A stretch of DNA of 64,000 nt from Terriglobia bacterium (GCA_963778995.1 CAVZWK010000020.1:431570-495569), one strand, 5' to 3'. Shown: positions 1 through 10,291, counted from the first letter of the stretch. Numbers and translations: made by a program. Notes: a model not told the origin generated them from the letters alone.

Positions 1-22
1 CCGCGCCGGCGTTGCATACGCT

Positions 23-1132
23 GTGAACGTAGCTGGATGCATCGTAGGACCGTTGGTCGCCGGATTTTTGTTGTTGCCTTACACCGATGAGCGCTTCTCT
101 TTGGCAATTCTGACGCTGCCCTGGTTGTTCACCGGGCTGTTCCTTACGTTGCGCCGTCCACCGGAAGGATCTTCGGGATTCGCCGCGGGTAGGGCGTTTC
201 GCACCATTGCGGTGGCGGTGATCCTGGTAGCTGCGTTTTCCCTCGTATTTCGCACCCAGAGTTATGTCGACCGGCTCCAGCGTGTAGTGGTGCGCAGAGA
301 TAGTACGGCCACGGTACTTGCTACGGGTGAGGGGATGAGCAGGGGACTCGTAGTCAATGGTGTGATGATGACTTCTTTGACCCCGATCACGAAGGTTATG
401 GCTGATCTTCCGCTAGCTCTTCTCAACCATCCTCCACAGAATGCCCTTGTGATCTGCTTCGGCATGGGTACGACCCATCGCTCTATGCTTTCGTGGGGAA
501 TTGATTCCACGGTAGTGGACCTCGTGCCCAGTGTTCCGGCATTTTTTCCGTATTTCCACGCGGATGCCGAGCAACTGCTACGCTCGCCCAGATCACACGT
601 CGTGATCGACGATGGACGCCGGTTCCTGGAGCGGACCCAGTCCCAATATGACGTGATCGCTATCGATCCCCCACCGCCGATCGGTGCCGCTGGATCGAGC
701 CTGCTTTACTCGCGTGAGTTCTACTCGGCCGCCAAAAAACGAATGCGTCCGGGCGGCATCCTGGCACAGTGGTACCCTGGCGGCGATGGCGCCACCGTCG
801 CAGCTATTGCCCGCGCATTGCACGACTCCTTCCCTTATGTCCGCACGTTCGTTGGCTATGGCGGGTGGGGAATTCACTTCCTTGGGAGCATGCAGCCCAT
901 TCCGAGAATATCGGCCTCAGAGATGGCACAACGTATGCCGACACAGGCCGCTGCCGACTTTGTGGAATGGGGGCCCAATGCTACCGCCGAACAGCAGTTC
1001 GCCGTACTGCTGAAAAGTGAAGTGCCCCTTGAATACCTGATCAACTTCGACAAGGACGCTCCGGCACTGCAGGATGACCGTCCGATTAACGAGTACAATC
1101 TCCTCCGCACGCTCGGTTTCCACTTGTATTGA
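23..1132 (+). CDS. Spermidine synthase-like aminopropyltransferase fused to an N-terminal membrane domain; 5' end truncated by window edge
   Basis: ORF-track 369 aa; class I methyltransferase/spermidine synthase-like motifs (ICFGMGTT, VIAIDPPPP..SSLLYSREFY) after hydrophobic N-terminal segments; runs into window start. Confidence 0.65.
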   Translation: MNVAGCIVGPLVAGFLLLPYTDERFSLAILTLPWLFTGLFLTLRRPPEGSSGFAAGRAFRTIAVAVILVAAFSLVFRTQSYVDRLQRVVVRRDSTATVLATGEGMSRGLVVNGVMMTSLTPITKVMADLPLALLNHPPQNALVICFGMGTTHRSMLSWGIDSTVVDLVPSVPAFFPYFHADAEQLLRSPRSHVVIDDGRRFLERTQSQYDVIAIDPPPPIGAAGSSLLYSREFYSAAKKRMRPGGILAQWYPGGDGATVAAIARALHDSFPYVRTFVGYGGWGIHFLGSMQPIPRISASEMAQRMPTQAAADFVEWGPNATAEQQFAVLLKSEVPLEYLINFDKDAPALQDDRPINEYNLLRTLGFHLY

Positions 1133-1320
1133 GCGAGGACGTCGGCGGTCTGAAGAGCAAGAGTATTCATAATCGCACTCAAAATGCCACGGACAAGGCG
1201 CTTTCCGGCGCCCGATGATCGCCTAAATCAGCGGCTCGGTTCTCGGAGCACAGCCTGTATCACTCGGCTTGAGCACACTCAATCGCCGGAGTAAGATTCC
1301 GACGAAGGAATGGTGCCCCG

Positions 1321-1611
1321 ATGAATGTTGCACGCAGTCTGATTGCGTCTATCGTCTTCTTGGGTCTTGGTCTGGGACTCATCTTGGGCCATTTGCACGA
1401 CAGTACTGTCGGCTTCAGTGCGGCGCATCCGGCATCAGCGGCGTCGCTGCAGATCATCCTCCACACCGATGGATTGCCTGCAATGGCCGGAGTAGCCGCA
1501 AGCCTGATGGGAGTGCTGCTGTTGTTTGCGGCGCTGGTGCTTGCCGTGTTGCAGGAAGTGAGTTCTCGCCAAGTCGCGCGCGCCCAGAAATCGCCAGTGG
1601 CGCACGCGTAG
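1321..1611 (+). CDS. Small hydrophobic membrane protein (hypothetical)
   Basis: 96-aa ORF with two predicted TM helices; no recognisable family (not NuoA). Confidence 0.3.
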   Translation: MNVARSLIASIVFLGLGLGLILGHLHDSTVGFSAAHPASAASLQIILHTDGLPAMAGVAASLMGVLLLFAALVLAVLQEVSSRQVARAQKSPVAHA

Positions 1612-1744
1612 GCTACCGAAGGACCTGCGATCTCCTGACTAGTGCCGGGTTTCCAACTACAGCCCATTCATCTGAGGGATGGGCTCAGATCCGCTCTAAG
1701 CAGCGCGCGATGCCCGTTCTTAGCCTTTTAAGCCCCGTACAGCG

Positions 1745-1773
1745 TTGACATGGCATGCTGGCTTACCTAGACT
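1745..1773 (+). promoter_or_regulatory. sigma70-like promoter upstream of nuoB-like gene
   Basis: TTGACA-17 nt-TAGACT at 1745-1773, about 28 nt upstream of the ATG at 1801. Confidence 0.3.
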
Positions 1774-1800
1774 GCAAGGTACGCGAACCGAGGTTCCTGC

Positions 1801-2361
1801 ATGGCTTGGCTGCAAAACAAGTTTGAGAAGAATTTCCTGATTTCGACGGTTGACTACGTCTTCAACTGGGCCCGGAAATCGGCGGTGTGGCCGATGACCT
1901 TCGGCTTGGCCTGTTGCGCGATCGAGATGATCGCCTCTTCGACGTCGCGCTTCGATATCGCGCGCTTCGGGTCGGAGGTATTCCGTCCCAGCCCTCGCCA
2001 GAGCGATCTGATGATTGTTGCCGGAACCGTGACGTTGAAAATGGCGCCAGTCGTGAAGCGCATCTATGACCAGATGCCCGACCCGAAGTGGGTGATCTCG
2101 ATGGGGGCGTGCTCCTCGGTGGGTGGTCCCTTCAATACGTACGCGGTTCTGCAGGGTGTCGACAAGATCGTGCCGGTAGATGTTTATGTCACCGGATGCC
2201 CTCCGCGTCCGGAAAATCTCTTCTACGCTCTCCTGAAGCTGCAGGACAAGATTGATACCATGACGCTGGCGAAGAAGCCTACTGCCGTGCGTCTGGACGA
2301 GAACATGGTCGAGAACTTCAAGCGCCAGGTAATGATCGCGCAAACCCTGCAGCCAAAGTAG
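1801..2361 (+). CDS. nuoB: NuoB-family [4Fe-4S] subunit (NADH-quinone oxidoreductase subunit B / NiFe-hydrogenase small-subunit-like), stand-alone
   Basis: 186 aa; near-invariant NuoB signature GLACCAIEM ... [10 protein letters not shown] ... VTGCPPRPE, with all four cluster-N2 cysteines. Confidence 0.85.
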   Translation: MAWLQNKFEKNFLISTVDYVFNWARKSAVWPMTFGLACCAIEMIASSTSRFDIARFGSEVFRPSPRQSDLMIVAGTVTLKMAPVVKRIYDQMPDPKWVISMGACSSVGGPFNTYAVLQGVDKIVPVDVYVTGCPPRPENLFYALLKLQDKIDTMTLAKKPTAVRLDENMVENFKRQVMIAQTLQPK

Positions 2362-2437
2362 CGCCACGAACATGTAGAGAAAACCGCCTCGGCTGTCCAC
2401 CCCAACGAAGTTCGGCAGCCCTCACGCAGAAGAAGTC

Positions 2438-2743
2438 ATGCCATTCCAAAGGCTCGCTCTCCAATCCGAACTCCCTGCTCTCAACGAAGCCAAAGAGTTC
2501 CAGTGCGGCAACAGGGAAATCTGCATCGCGAATGTGAACGGTGAATTCTCTGCGATGGAGAACGTCTGCCTGCACCAGGGCGGTCCGCTCGGCCAGGGAA
2601 TGATCGAAAAAGGCAAGGTGGTATGCCCTTGGCACGCGTGGGCATGGGATCCGAAGACAGGTGAGGCGTCTCACAATAAGAATGCAAAGGTGGCCGTTTA
2701 CCCGCTGAAAATCGAGGACGGGGACCTGCTGATCGACATCTGA
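2438..2743 (+). CDS. Rieske [2Fe-2S] domain protein (NirD-like small ferredoxin)
   Basis: 101 aa; CLHQGGPL ... CPWHAW Rieske CxH/CxxH ligand pairs. Confidence 0.75.
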   Translation: MPFQRLALQSELPALNEAKEFQCGNREICIANVNGEFSAMENVCLHQGGPLGQGMIEKGKVVCPWHAWAWDPKTGEASHNKNAKVAVYPLKIEDGDLLIDI

Positions 2744-2771
2744 AGCTGTGCGTATCATGAGCCCGGTTACG

Positions 2772-3479
2772 CTAGCGGCGTTTCCTGCTCCGCGACCGGC
2801 GGGTCTCGCGTGGAAGTTCCAGGGGAGGCGCTGTATAAGGAGAGACAGGCTGCGGCGACATCCCGAGTGCCTGGTCCGCCATTTTTCGAATGATTTTGAG
2901 CACTTCGTCCGTAGCCCGATCCGTTCCCGCAAGCGCATCGAATGTTTCAAAACTGGTGAGCATGTGCAGAATATCGAGCATGTGCGGCCCCTGCATTGCC
3001 GCGTATCGCCAGGTATCGAGGCAGTACTGTTCCACAAGCACTCGGAGCCCGTTGCGACGTCGCTCATTGCGCACGCGCAGTCCCTGGCCGATCTCGGGGT
3101 CGATGACGCCCAAAGCATGCAGACGGCGGATCACCGCGCGATCCGAGGCCCAGAACCGCACAAATACTTCAACAAATCTGTGCAGTTTATCCAGCGCCAC
3201 GTTCCCGTAGCGGAATACGTCCGGCAGAGTCCCCAAATATCCATTCCTGGCAAGATCGTCGTAGAGAGCCTCGAGCAGCCCCGCCTTTGAATCGAACTGG
3301 TAATACACCGTCAAACGGGACACGTCGGCCGCTTTTGCGACCGCTTCCATGGTGAATTCTCTGAAATCCGGAGCGACTAAGAGCGCCCGGGCCGACTTCA
3401 GAATGCGAGCGCGGGTCTCAGCCGCAGCAACTTGCCTCCGGTCCATTTTGTAAGTGCGCGGGCTCATCTTTATTCTCAT
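2772..3479 (-). CDS. TetR family transcriptional regulator
   Basis: N-terminal HTH (TRARILKSARALLV...FTMEAVAKAADVSRLTVYYQF); true start may be an internal Met (MDRRQ). Confidence 0.8.
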   Translation of the reverse strand: MRIKMSPRTYKMDRRQVAAAETRARILKSARALLVAPDFREFTMEAVAKAADVSRLTVYYQFDSKAGLLEALYDDLARNGYLGTLPDVFRYGNVALDKLHRFVEVFVRFWASDRAVIRRLHALGVIDPEIGQGLRVRNERRRNGLRVLVEQYCLDTWRYAAMQGPHMLDILHMLTSFETFDALAGTDRATDEVLKIIRKMADQALGMSPQPVSPYTAPPLELPRETRRSRSRKRR

Positions 3480-3530
3480 TAATCATACAGTATGTATAAT
3501 AAATATCAGTGAAGCCGTGAGGTTCCCGCC

Positions 3531-4223
3531 ATGTCAGTACCCAATCAAGCACCTCGAACACTATGGATCGGAGTCCTTGTTCTTACTCTGATCGGAGTCG
3601 CGGCGGTCATCAGGCGCACTATTGTCTTGCTGTTCCCTGGGTCGCTTGGTGGCGGCAGTTCTTCCCCTGCCGCTGCGCTCGACGCAGGATTTGCACGCCA
3701 CTTTACGCTTACGTTGATTCACATTCTTCCCGGCGCTCTGTATCTCACTCTCGCCACCCTACAATTCATGCCCCGCGTGAGGCAAAAACATTTGCGATTC
3801 CATCGCTGGAGTGGGCGGTTCCTGGTCGTGCTCGGACTCATCATTGGCGTGTCGGCGCTGATCATGAGTTACACCATGAACATTGGTGGGCCGAACGAGA
3901 CGGCTGCGACCACGTTGTATGCGATTGTATTTCTGATTTGTCTAATGCGCGCTTATGTCTTCATTCGGCGCAAAGACGTTGCCCGGCACCGGGAGTGGAT
4001 GATACGGGCCTATGCAGTTGGGCTTGGGGTGGCGACCACGCGGCCCATTGTCGGAGCGTTCTTTGCGTTCCGCAAGCTCACTCCGCACGAGTTTTTCGGA
4101 ATCGCATTCTGGTTGGGATTCACGATTACATTTTTAGCCGCCGAGGCATGGATCGACTACACACGAGCACACGCAAGGGCTTCCGCCATTGCGCAGGTGA
4201 ACTCCGTGACAGCCAGCGATTGA
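3531..4223 (+). CDS. Integral membrane protein (DUF2306-like), divergent from TetR gene
   Basis: 230 aa, 5-6 predicted TM segments; GAGG RBS at 3519; AT-rich divergent promoter region 3470-3530 with TATAAT at 3495-3500. Confidence 0.55.
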   Translation: MSVPNQAPRTLWIGVLVLTLIGVAAVIRRTIVLLFPGSLGGGSSSPAAALDAGFARHFTLTLIHILPGALYLTLATLQFMPRVRQKHLRFHRWSGRFLVVLGLIIGVSALIMSYTMNIGGPNETAATTLYAIVFLICLMRAYVFIRRKDVARHREWMIRAYAVGLGVATTRPIVGAFFAFRKLTPHEFFGIAFWLGFTITFLAAEAWIDYTRAHARASAIAQVNSVTASD

Positions 4224-4227
4224 GACA

Positions 4228-5472
4228 TCAACCGAGGAAATTCAGGAACTTGCCTGAATGCGTGTCGAAGCCCGGGAACACGGTCGCCAAGTTCTTGTTG
4301 CCCATGTGTTGCGATACAGCTTCACCAATTACCTGCCGAAAATCGGTGGTGAGCGCAAGATCGCGGCCCTCGTAGAGCTGCGACTGGTCAAGCCCAGGCC
4401 AGCGTCCGTAGACCTTGCCGCCCTTCACAGGTCCGCCAAGCACGAACATGACATTCGCATGGCCATGATCTGTGCCGCGGTTGCCGTTCTCGCGGGCGGT
4501 GCGTCCGAATTCAGACATGGTCACGATCACGGTATCTTCGCCGAGGTCGCCGAGATCGGTCCAGAAAGCAGTGATGGCTTGCGAGAAGTCGCGAAGAACG
4601 TTTGCGAGTTGGCCTTCGGTTGCGCCTTCGTTCACGTGGTGGTCCCATCCTCCGATGTCGGCAAATGCAACTTGCACGCCAAGGTTGGCTTTAATCATTT
4701 GCGCGAGCTGGCGCAGGCTGACACCGAAGCGCCCCTTGGGATAGTTCGCTCCGGGACTGGGGGTGTACTTCCCGGGATCAGCGGCCTTCAGCATCTTCAC
4801 TGCCTCAAACGTTTCCTCTCCTGTTCCGTGCAGCACGGCGTCGGACGAGTGATCGTACATGGCCTCAAACGCTCGAGCAGCAGCGGATGGTTTCGGGCTG
4901 CGTCCGCCGACGGCAAACTCGTTAAGGCCATTCATGGCTACGGCCGGCTCGCTGCCGCTCAGGATTCGTGGGAGCGACGGTCCGAGCGCAATCGCGCGAA
5001 ACGGAGCAACCTGCACGGAAGCGGGCAGATTACGCAACGAGCGGTTGAGCCATCCGTCTTCGGTGGCCTTCACTCCGGGCGTACCGGTCTCCATGAAGTC
5101 CTGAGCATCGAAATGGGAGCGTGTGGAATCCGGAGAGCCAGCCGCATGCACGACAGCTAAGTGCTTCTGTTCCCAGAGAGGCAGGAAGGGCGCGAGCGAA
5201 GGGTGCAGGCCGAAAAAGCCATCGAGATCAAGGACGGACTTCTGGGGAATGTTGATGCCGGGGCGCATCGCGTAGTACTCGGGCTCGGCATGAGGCACAA
5301 CAATGTTCAGCCCGTCAGCGGCGCCGCGCTGGAAAAGTACGACGAGACGCTTTGTGCGCGTACCCGCCTCTGCTGCTCCGAATACAGCGCGAGTAAGAAA
5401 GCTGGGTACCGCTGCCGTGCCGACGACTGCTAATGCGCTGTTATGAACGAATACGCGACGAGTGATCGACAT
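4228..5472 (-). CDS. DUF1501 family protein (sulfatase-like fold, Tat-secreted)
   Basis: Twin-arginine signal (TRRVFVHNSALAVVGTAAV); conserved DUF1501 C-terminus (GGWDHH...GRTARENGNRGTDHGHANVMFVLGGPVKGGKVYG); start chosen at ATG 5472 with AGGGAG RBS. Confidence 0.85.
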   Translation of the reverse strand: MSITRRVFVHNSALAVVGTAAVPSFLTRAVFGAAEAGTRTKRLVVLFQRGAADGLNIVVPHAEPEYYAMRPGINIPQKSVLDLDGFFGLHPSLAPFLPLWEQKHLAVVHAAGSPDSTRSHFDAQDFMETGTPGVKATEDGWLNRSLRNLPASVQVAPFRAIALGPSLPRILSGSEPAVAMNGLNEFAVGGRSPKPSAAARAFEAMYDHSSDAVLHGTGEETFEAVKMLKAADPGKYTPSPGANYPKGRFGVSLRQLAQMIKANLGVQVAFADIGGWDHHVNEGATEGQLANVLRDFSQAITAFWTDLGDLGEDTVIVTMSEFGRTARENGNRGTDHGHANVMFVLGGPVKGGKVYGRWPGLDQSQLYEGRDLALTTDFRQVIGEAVSQHMGNKNLATVFPGFDTHSGKFLNFLG

Positions 5473-5561
5473 TGACTGCTCCCTGGAACTTTGGCTACGG
5501 TTCTTCCCCAAAAAGCATGAGGCCCCGCCCGGAGAGATCGCTTGAGGGCGTGCTCGACGAC

Positions 5562-7709
5562 TTACCTTCTTTGAAATTCCGGTGAACCCAATAAGAGGCC
5601 TGCCATCGTATTCAAGTCTGGCGGCTTCGGCTGCTTGCTCTGGTCTTGAGCGCCGGGCGAAGTCATTTGCGCCACGATCGAATCGTGCGTCTGCTTGGAG
5701 ACGTCCATGCCTAGCAGCTTCGCTTCCATGGCCGAGAGTTCCGCATCGGAATCGCCGGGACTGCTTGGTAACGGAACCGGCTCCAGCTTCACGCCTTTGA
5801 TCTTGCCTGAGGTCAGAGCGAGCGCGAAGTTCATTCGATTCAAAAGCGCTGACGAACTCACCCAGGCATCTGCCTTCATCGAATACCCGGTGGGCGGCTG
5901 CGCGCCGTAGAGTGGCATGCCCATCGTGTTCAACTGACGCGCGAGCGGCATGGCATCTTCCACATCGGCACCCGTCGCACGCAACGCCGATGCCACGAAC
6001 TCAAGCGGGGTCTTCACCTTCGCGCGATAGGATGTGTCATCCCAGAACTCCGGCGAGTGAAAGAGCGTCGAAAGCACCTCGCGGATATCGCCTTTTTTCT
6101 TCTCAAATGTTTTAGCCATCCGATCGACCAGCGCCGGCGGAGGATCGTCAGAGACGAAGCGTTGCGCCAGCTTCAGCGAAATGAAGTGCGCCGTTTGCGG
6201 ACTCGTAGCCAGCATGTGCAGAACTTCCTTCCCTTCATCTTCTCCTTTGGGCTTGATGCGATGTCCGAGAACGAACTTCGGTCCCGGCTCATGCCGGCGC
6301 GGATCATAGAGGAAGGTTCCGCCATCGTTGGGCCGTTCAATGGTCCAGCCGGTAAAGACTTTGGCGACTTCGGTCACGTCCCGTTGCGAGTATCCTCCGT
6401 TCACGCTCAGGGTGTGGAGTTCCAGCAACTCGCGACCGTAATTCTCGTTGAGACCGCTGTTCTGCTTGCGTTTTGCATTTGGATTCCGCGGAAACGGGCG
6501 TGGACGGCCGTATGGCCCGTAGCGCACCGGTCTCGCCGGAATGCCCTGGGCCTGCATGGAATTGGGCCCGACACTCAGCCAGTTGTCCAGATAGAAGAGC
6601 ATGGCGGGACTCTTAGCCGTAGCCACCAGCAAGTCTTCAAATTTTCCGAGCGCGTGCGGGCGGATCACGTTCTGCTCGTAGTTCGTCACCAACAACCGTT
6701 CTGGCCCTTTGCCGATAAAAACATTGAAGTGATTGAGCCAGAAATCGGTCATCACTTCTTCGAGCTGACGCTCGCTATAAATCGCGCGCAGGAGCTTGGC
6801 TTGCGCGAGTTCCTCCACGACAACGCCCTGGGGATTATTCATGGCCATCAGGGTTTCCTTCTGCTTGGGATTCAATCCCACGAGAAAATCCTGACCTTTG
6901 CCTCCCCGCAGAGAGTCCGCAAAAGCGAGCTGATCTTCAGGGGACATGGCCATAACTTTCTTGTAACGCTCGTCAGGAGGCAAATTAGGCAGTCCCTGAA
7001 TCGCAAGATCCGCATACAGGCGTTCTTCTCTACGATGCGCTTCGGCCTCTTCCTCGGGACTCATTTTTATCTCCGGCGGAGGAGTCATGGCCGTTTCGTC
7101 TTCCTGATCCTTCGAAGGCACGCCCTTCGCCGCATCCGTGGCTCCGAGCATTGGGTTCGGCGGGACATCAGGCTTGGCGACGGCGCCTGCGGCTAGCTCT
7201 TCCTCGGTTTTCGCCGCGTCATCAGCCGCGGGCTCCGGTGGCTTGGGAGGATTGCCGGCAGCTCTCTGCTTTCTTTCATCCAGCCTGGCTTGCAGACGCG
7301 CGACCTGAACCCGATAGACAGAGCGCTTTGTGGGATCCGCCGGCAGCGCCTTTCTGCCATCCATCACCTGCCGAATCATCTGCCCATCGGGAAATTCTTC
7401 CGCAATTTCCTTCGCGCTCATATGCAAAGTGCGCAGAGGTGCGAGTCGCGCGTCAATGTCTTTATCGGAGATCTTCTCGGGATGGAGTTGCTGATCAATC
7501 CAGCGGTCAACACCCATGGCCATGACCTGCTGCACATCACCTGGACGCGGTCCGAACGCGAGGCGGTTCAAGGCATGCACCGCGCGCTTCTGCTCGTTGG
7601 GCGCCGCCTGGCTGGTGCTTTCCTTCTTCTTGGCGAGCAGTTGCGGAACGGTTCCAGCCACGCTCGCACAAAGCACAACCGCCAGCAGGCGGGCAGATTT
7701 GAATCTCAT
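5562..7709 (-). CDS. DUF1800 family protein, usual partner of DUF1501, with a long low-complexity P/A/E/K-rich insertion
   Basis: DUF1800 core (DFWLNHFNVFIGKG...MLFYLDNW); signal-peptide start at MRFKSARLLAVVLCASVAG (ATG 7709) preferred over ORF-track start 7877. Confidence 0.8.
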   Translation of the reverse strand: MRFKSARLLAVVLCASVAGTVPQLLAKKKESTSQAAPNEQKRAVHALNRLAFGPRPGDVQQVMAMGVDRWIDQQLHPEKISDKDIDARLAPLRTLHMSAKEIAEEFPDGQMIRQVMDGRKALPADPTKRSVYRVQVARLQARLDERKQRAAGNPPKPPEPAADDAAKTEEELAAGAVAKPDVPPNPMLGATDAAKGVPSKDQEDETAMTPPPEIKMSPEEEAEAHRREERLYADLAIQGLPNLPPDERYKKVMAMSPEDQLAFADSLRGGKGQDFLVGLNPKQKETLMAMNNPQGVVVEELAQAKLLRAIYSERQLEEVMTDFWLNHFNVFIGKGPERLLVTNYEQNVIRPHALGKFEDLLVATAKSPAMLFYLDNWLSVGPNSMQAQGIPARPVRYGPYGRPRPFPRNPNAKRKQNSGLNENYGRELLELHTLSVNGGYSQRDVTEVAKVFTGWTIERPNDGGTFLYDPRRHEPGPKFVLGHRIKPKGEDEGKEVLHMLATSPQTAHFISLKLAQRFVSDDPPPALVDRMAKTFEKKKGDIREVLSTLFHSPEFWDDTSYRAKVKTPLEFVASALRATGADVEDAMPLARQLNTMGMPLYGAQPPTGYSMKADAWVSSSALLNRMNFALALTSGKIKGVKLEPVPLPSSPGDSDAELSAMEAKLLGMDVSKQTHDSIVAQMTSPGAQDQSKQPKPPDLNTMAGLLLGSPEFQRR

Positions 7710-7912
7710 GAGAGCTCCCGGATGGAAAAACGCGTCTTGATTATGAACCCTTTCGGGCGAGAAAGTTGCTGCTTGAATTGATTCGGCGGCAGCTACAAAC
7801 CTTTTGGCTCTAAGGGGTTGTAGGTAGTTACTGGGGGTGGGGACCGGATGCTGCGTGCGAAAGCAGTTTCTTCCCACGGCTTACGCGGTATTTCGGCGTG
7901 AGCAGGCTCTGT

Positions 7913-9163
7913 CTAGGTAAGGAGGATTTTGCCGCGCGTGGTTTTGTACTGCAGAGTCGCAGCAAGATGATCAATGTCGGTAGCGGCAATATTCACCGAT
8001 GGGCCTTCGAGCAGCGGAGTGCGGTTGCTGCCTACGGCATCGCGGCGGACTTGAATCAGCAGTCCTTGCACCACATTCGGATCGAATTTCTCAGGCGCCA
8101 TGCGAACCAGATCACTCAACGCGCTGCCCACGGTCATGGGAGCGCGATAGGGACGCACGCTCGTCATGGCATCGAACGAATCAGCGACGCCTACGATTCG
8201 TACTGCAAGCGGCACGTCCTCTTGAACGAGTCGGTCGGGATATCCGGAGCCATCGCTGCGTTCGTGGTGCCAGCGCACGGCTTCAGGAATTTTCGGCCAG
8301 GGGAATTGCACGCTGCTGACGATCTGATGTCCGACTGTGGTGTGATCGGCCATCTCGCGAAACTCTTCCGGATCAAGCGCCCCGGGCTTACCGAACAGCC
8401 GGCGGTCTACCGCGACCTTCCCGATGTCGTGCAGGTATCCGGCGCTGCGCAGGGCAGCCACCTCGTTGTGATCCATCCCCATGGCATCGCCGATCGCTGC
8501 GGCATAACGTCCGACCCGAAGCGAATGCCCGTGAATCGCGACGTGTTTCGCATCGATGGCGGTGGCAAAGGCTTCCAATGCGTTGTCGTAGAAACCATTC
8601 AACGAAGCCATCAGACGCAAATTTTCAGAAACACGCTGCGCAATCGTCTGGGTCAACGCGTGATTCTGAACGGCAAGAGCTACGTAGCTGCAGAGCAGGT
8701 CCAGCGCGTCGAGCTCGCTATCTTCGTAGAGGGCGTCTCCAGGACGACGTCCGAGCGCGACGACGCCGGCGAGTCGGCCCCCGGCTTTCAGGGGGGCAAG
8801 ACACTTGAACAGTTCCGGCGCGACGTTTCCGTTGGAACTCAGGAACACCGAGTACGTCGACGAGTTCAGAACAATCGGGCCGCGGGCAGCGGTCAGCGCA
8901 TGTTCGTGCTTGGGAAGGAGGGGAATGAAGGCGGGATCCGGCATGAGCGCGAATCCCAAAGCGGTCGCGGAGGTCAGCATCGCGGGCTTGTCATTAAACA
9001 GAAAAAGCACGCCTTCGCGCGCGCCCGCCGCTTCCATAATGGCAGACAGCATCAGGCGCGAAGTTTCCGAGAACTCGCGCTCAGCCGTGAGCGCCGGCCC
9101 GAGTTCCGAAAGAGCCTCGACTGTATGCAACAGCCGCCGTAAATTGTTAGTCTGAATCGCCAC
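7913..9163 (-). CDS. GAF domain / HD-GYP domain c-di-GMP phosphodiesterase
   Basis: HD-GYP signature (HDIGK...HHERSDGSGYP) preceded by a GAF-like sensor region. Confidence 0.85.
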   Translation of the reverse strand: MAIQTNNLRRLLHTVEALSELGPALTAEREFSETSRLMLSAIMEAAGAREGVLFLFNDKPAMLTSATALGFALMPDPAFIPLLPKHEHALTAARGPIVLNSSTYSVFLSSNGNVAPELFKCLAPLKAGGRLAGVVALGRRPGDALYEDSELDALDLLCSYVALAVQNHALTQTIAQRVSENLRLMASLNGFYDNALEAFATAIDAKHVAIHGHSLRVGRYAAAIGDAMGMDHNEVAALRSAGYLHDIGKVAVDRRLFGKPGALDPEEFREMADHTTVGHQIVSSVQFPWPKIPEAVRWHHERSDGSGYPDRLVQEDVPLAVRIVGVADSFDAMTSVRPYRAPMTVGSALSDLVRMAPEKFDPNVVQGLLIQVRRDAVGSNRTPLLEGPSVNIAATDIDHLAATLQYKTTRGKILLT

Positions 9164-9295
9164 TGACGAAGTGGGAGCCAGATCGCAGAGCAGAATGAGG
9201 GTACCATGCAGGGAATATCTCGCGGGAGCCTGAATGTTGGTTACCCTGATGCTGTATTGACGAAGATGAAACTACAGTGACAGAGATGATTCCCC

Positions 9296-10213
9296 ATGAA
9301 CGATGAAGGCGCAATTCTGATTACCGGCGCCGGCGGATTTGTGGGACGTGCTGTTGCTACCCGCCTGCAGCAGACCGGCAAGAGACTTGTGTTGTTGGAT
9401 CGGTCCGGCCAGGCGAACGACAACTCAACAGCATTCACAGAAATTGCTTGCGATATTTGCGATGCCGAAGGCTTGCGCCGTGTTTTCGGGGCACAGAGGA
9501 TCACGGCGATCATTCATCTCGCGGCAATCCTGCCGACGGCAGCCGCCAAGAATCCGTCGCAAGCAACACAGGTAAATGTCATCGGCAGTCTGAATCTGCT
9601 GGAAATCGCCCGCGCCTTCAATGTACGCCGGTTCGTGTTTGGCAGTTCGTTGAGCATCTACGGAACGTGTGCGATAGACGATGTCGTTGGTGAGACGCAT
9701 GGTGCTGCCCCCGAAGATCTGTATGGCGCCGCGAAGCTGTACGTCGAGCAGATGGGAAAGCACTACAACGATCTGTACGGAATTCAGTTCGTCAGTTTGA
9801 GAATCGGGCGGGTCGTCGGTGTGGGTGCGCGGTCCGTAACTTCTGCCTGGCGAAGTCAGATCTTCGAGGTCTTATGCGAGAGCCGTCCGGTGGAGATCAG
9901 AATCACTTACGTGGGGACAGAGCGCATTCTGCTCGTGCATGTGGATGATGTTGCGAAGGCCTTGGCCACCCTCGTGCAAGCTCCACGACTCGCCAACACC
10001 GTGTATAACGGCCCTTGCGAGTCGGTCGAGGTCCGGGATCTGAAGGAGCGGGTCGAGCACTTAAATCCGAATGTCACCGTATCGTTGGGGACTTCGTCGG
10101 CAATGGGCAATCCGAGGCTCGTGGACTGGTCACGTTTTCAGCATGAGTTTGGGATTGAGGTGCTGCCGATTTTCGAGCAGTTGAGCCGAAGCGCGGGCGG
10201 GAACGCCCGCTAG
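9296..10213 (+). CDS. NAD-dependent epimerase/dehydratase (SDR family)
   Basis: N-terminal Rossmann ILITGAGGFVGRAV; YGAAK catalytic motif. Confidence 0.85.
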   Translation: MNDEGAILITGAGGFVGRAVATRLQQTGKRLVLLDRSGQANDNSTAFTEIACDICDAEGLRRVFGAQRITAIIHLAAILPTAAAKNPSQATQVNVIGSLNLLEIARAFNVRRFVFGSSLSIYGTCAIDDVVGETHGAAPEDLYGAAKLYVEQMGKHYNDLYGIQFVSLRIGRVVGVGARSVTSAWRSQIFEVLCESRPVEIRITYVGTERILLVHVDDVAKALATLVQAPRLANTVYNGPCESVEVRDLKERVEHLNPNVTVSLGTSSAMGNPRLVDWSRFQHEFGIEVLPIFEQLSRSAGGNAR

Positions 10214-10291
10214 GCAGACTGCGGGCCGGCGGCGCTACGGTCGCTCGGCTTCGCCTTCGCCGGACAGTCGAAGACGGCTGTCGCCACAGGA

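Noticed and set aside
6057-7196. 379-aa + strand ORF
   Set aside because: Antisense shadow of the DUF1800 gene
7898-9142. 414-aa + strand ORF
   Set aside because: Shadow ORF antisense to the GAF/HD-GYP gene (7913..9163 -); Arg/Gly-rich, no domain; the minus-strand product has strong motifs
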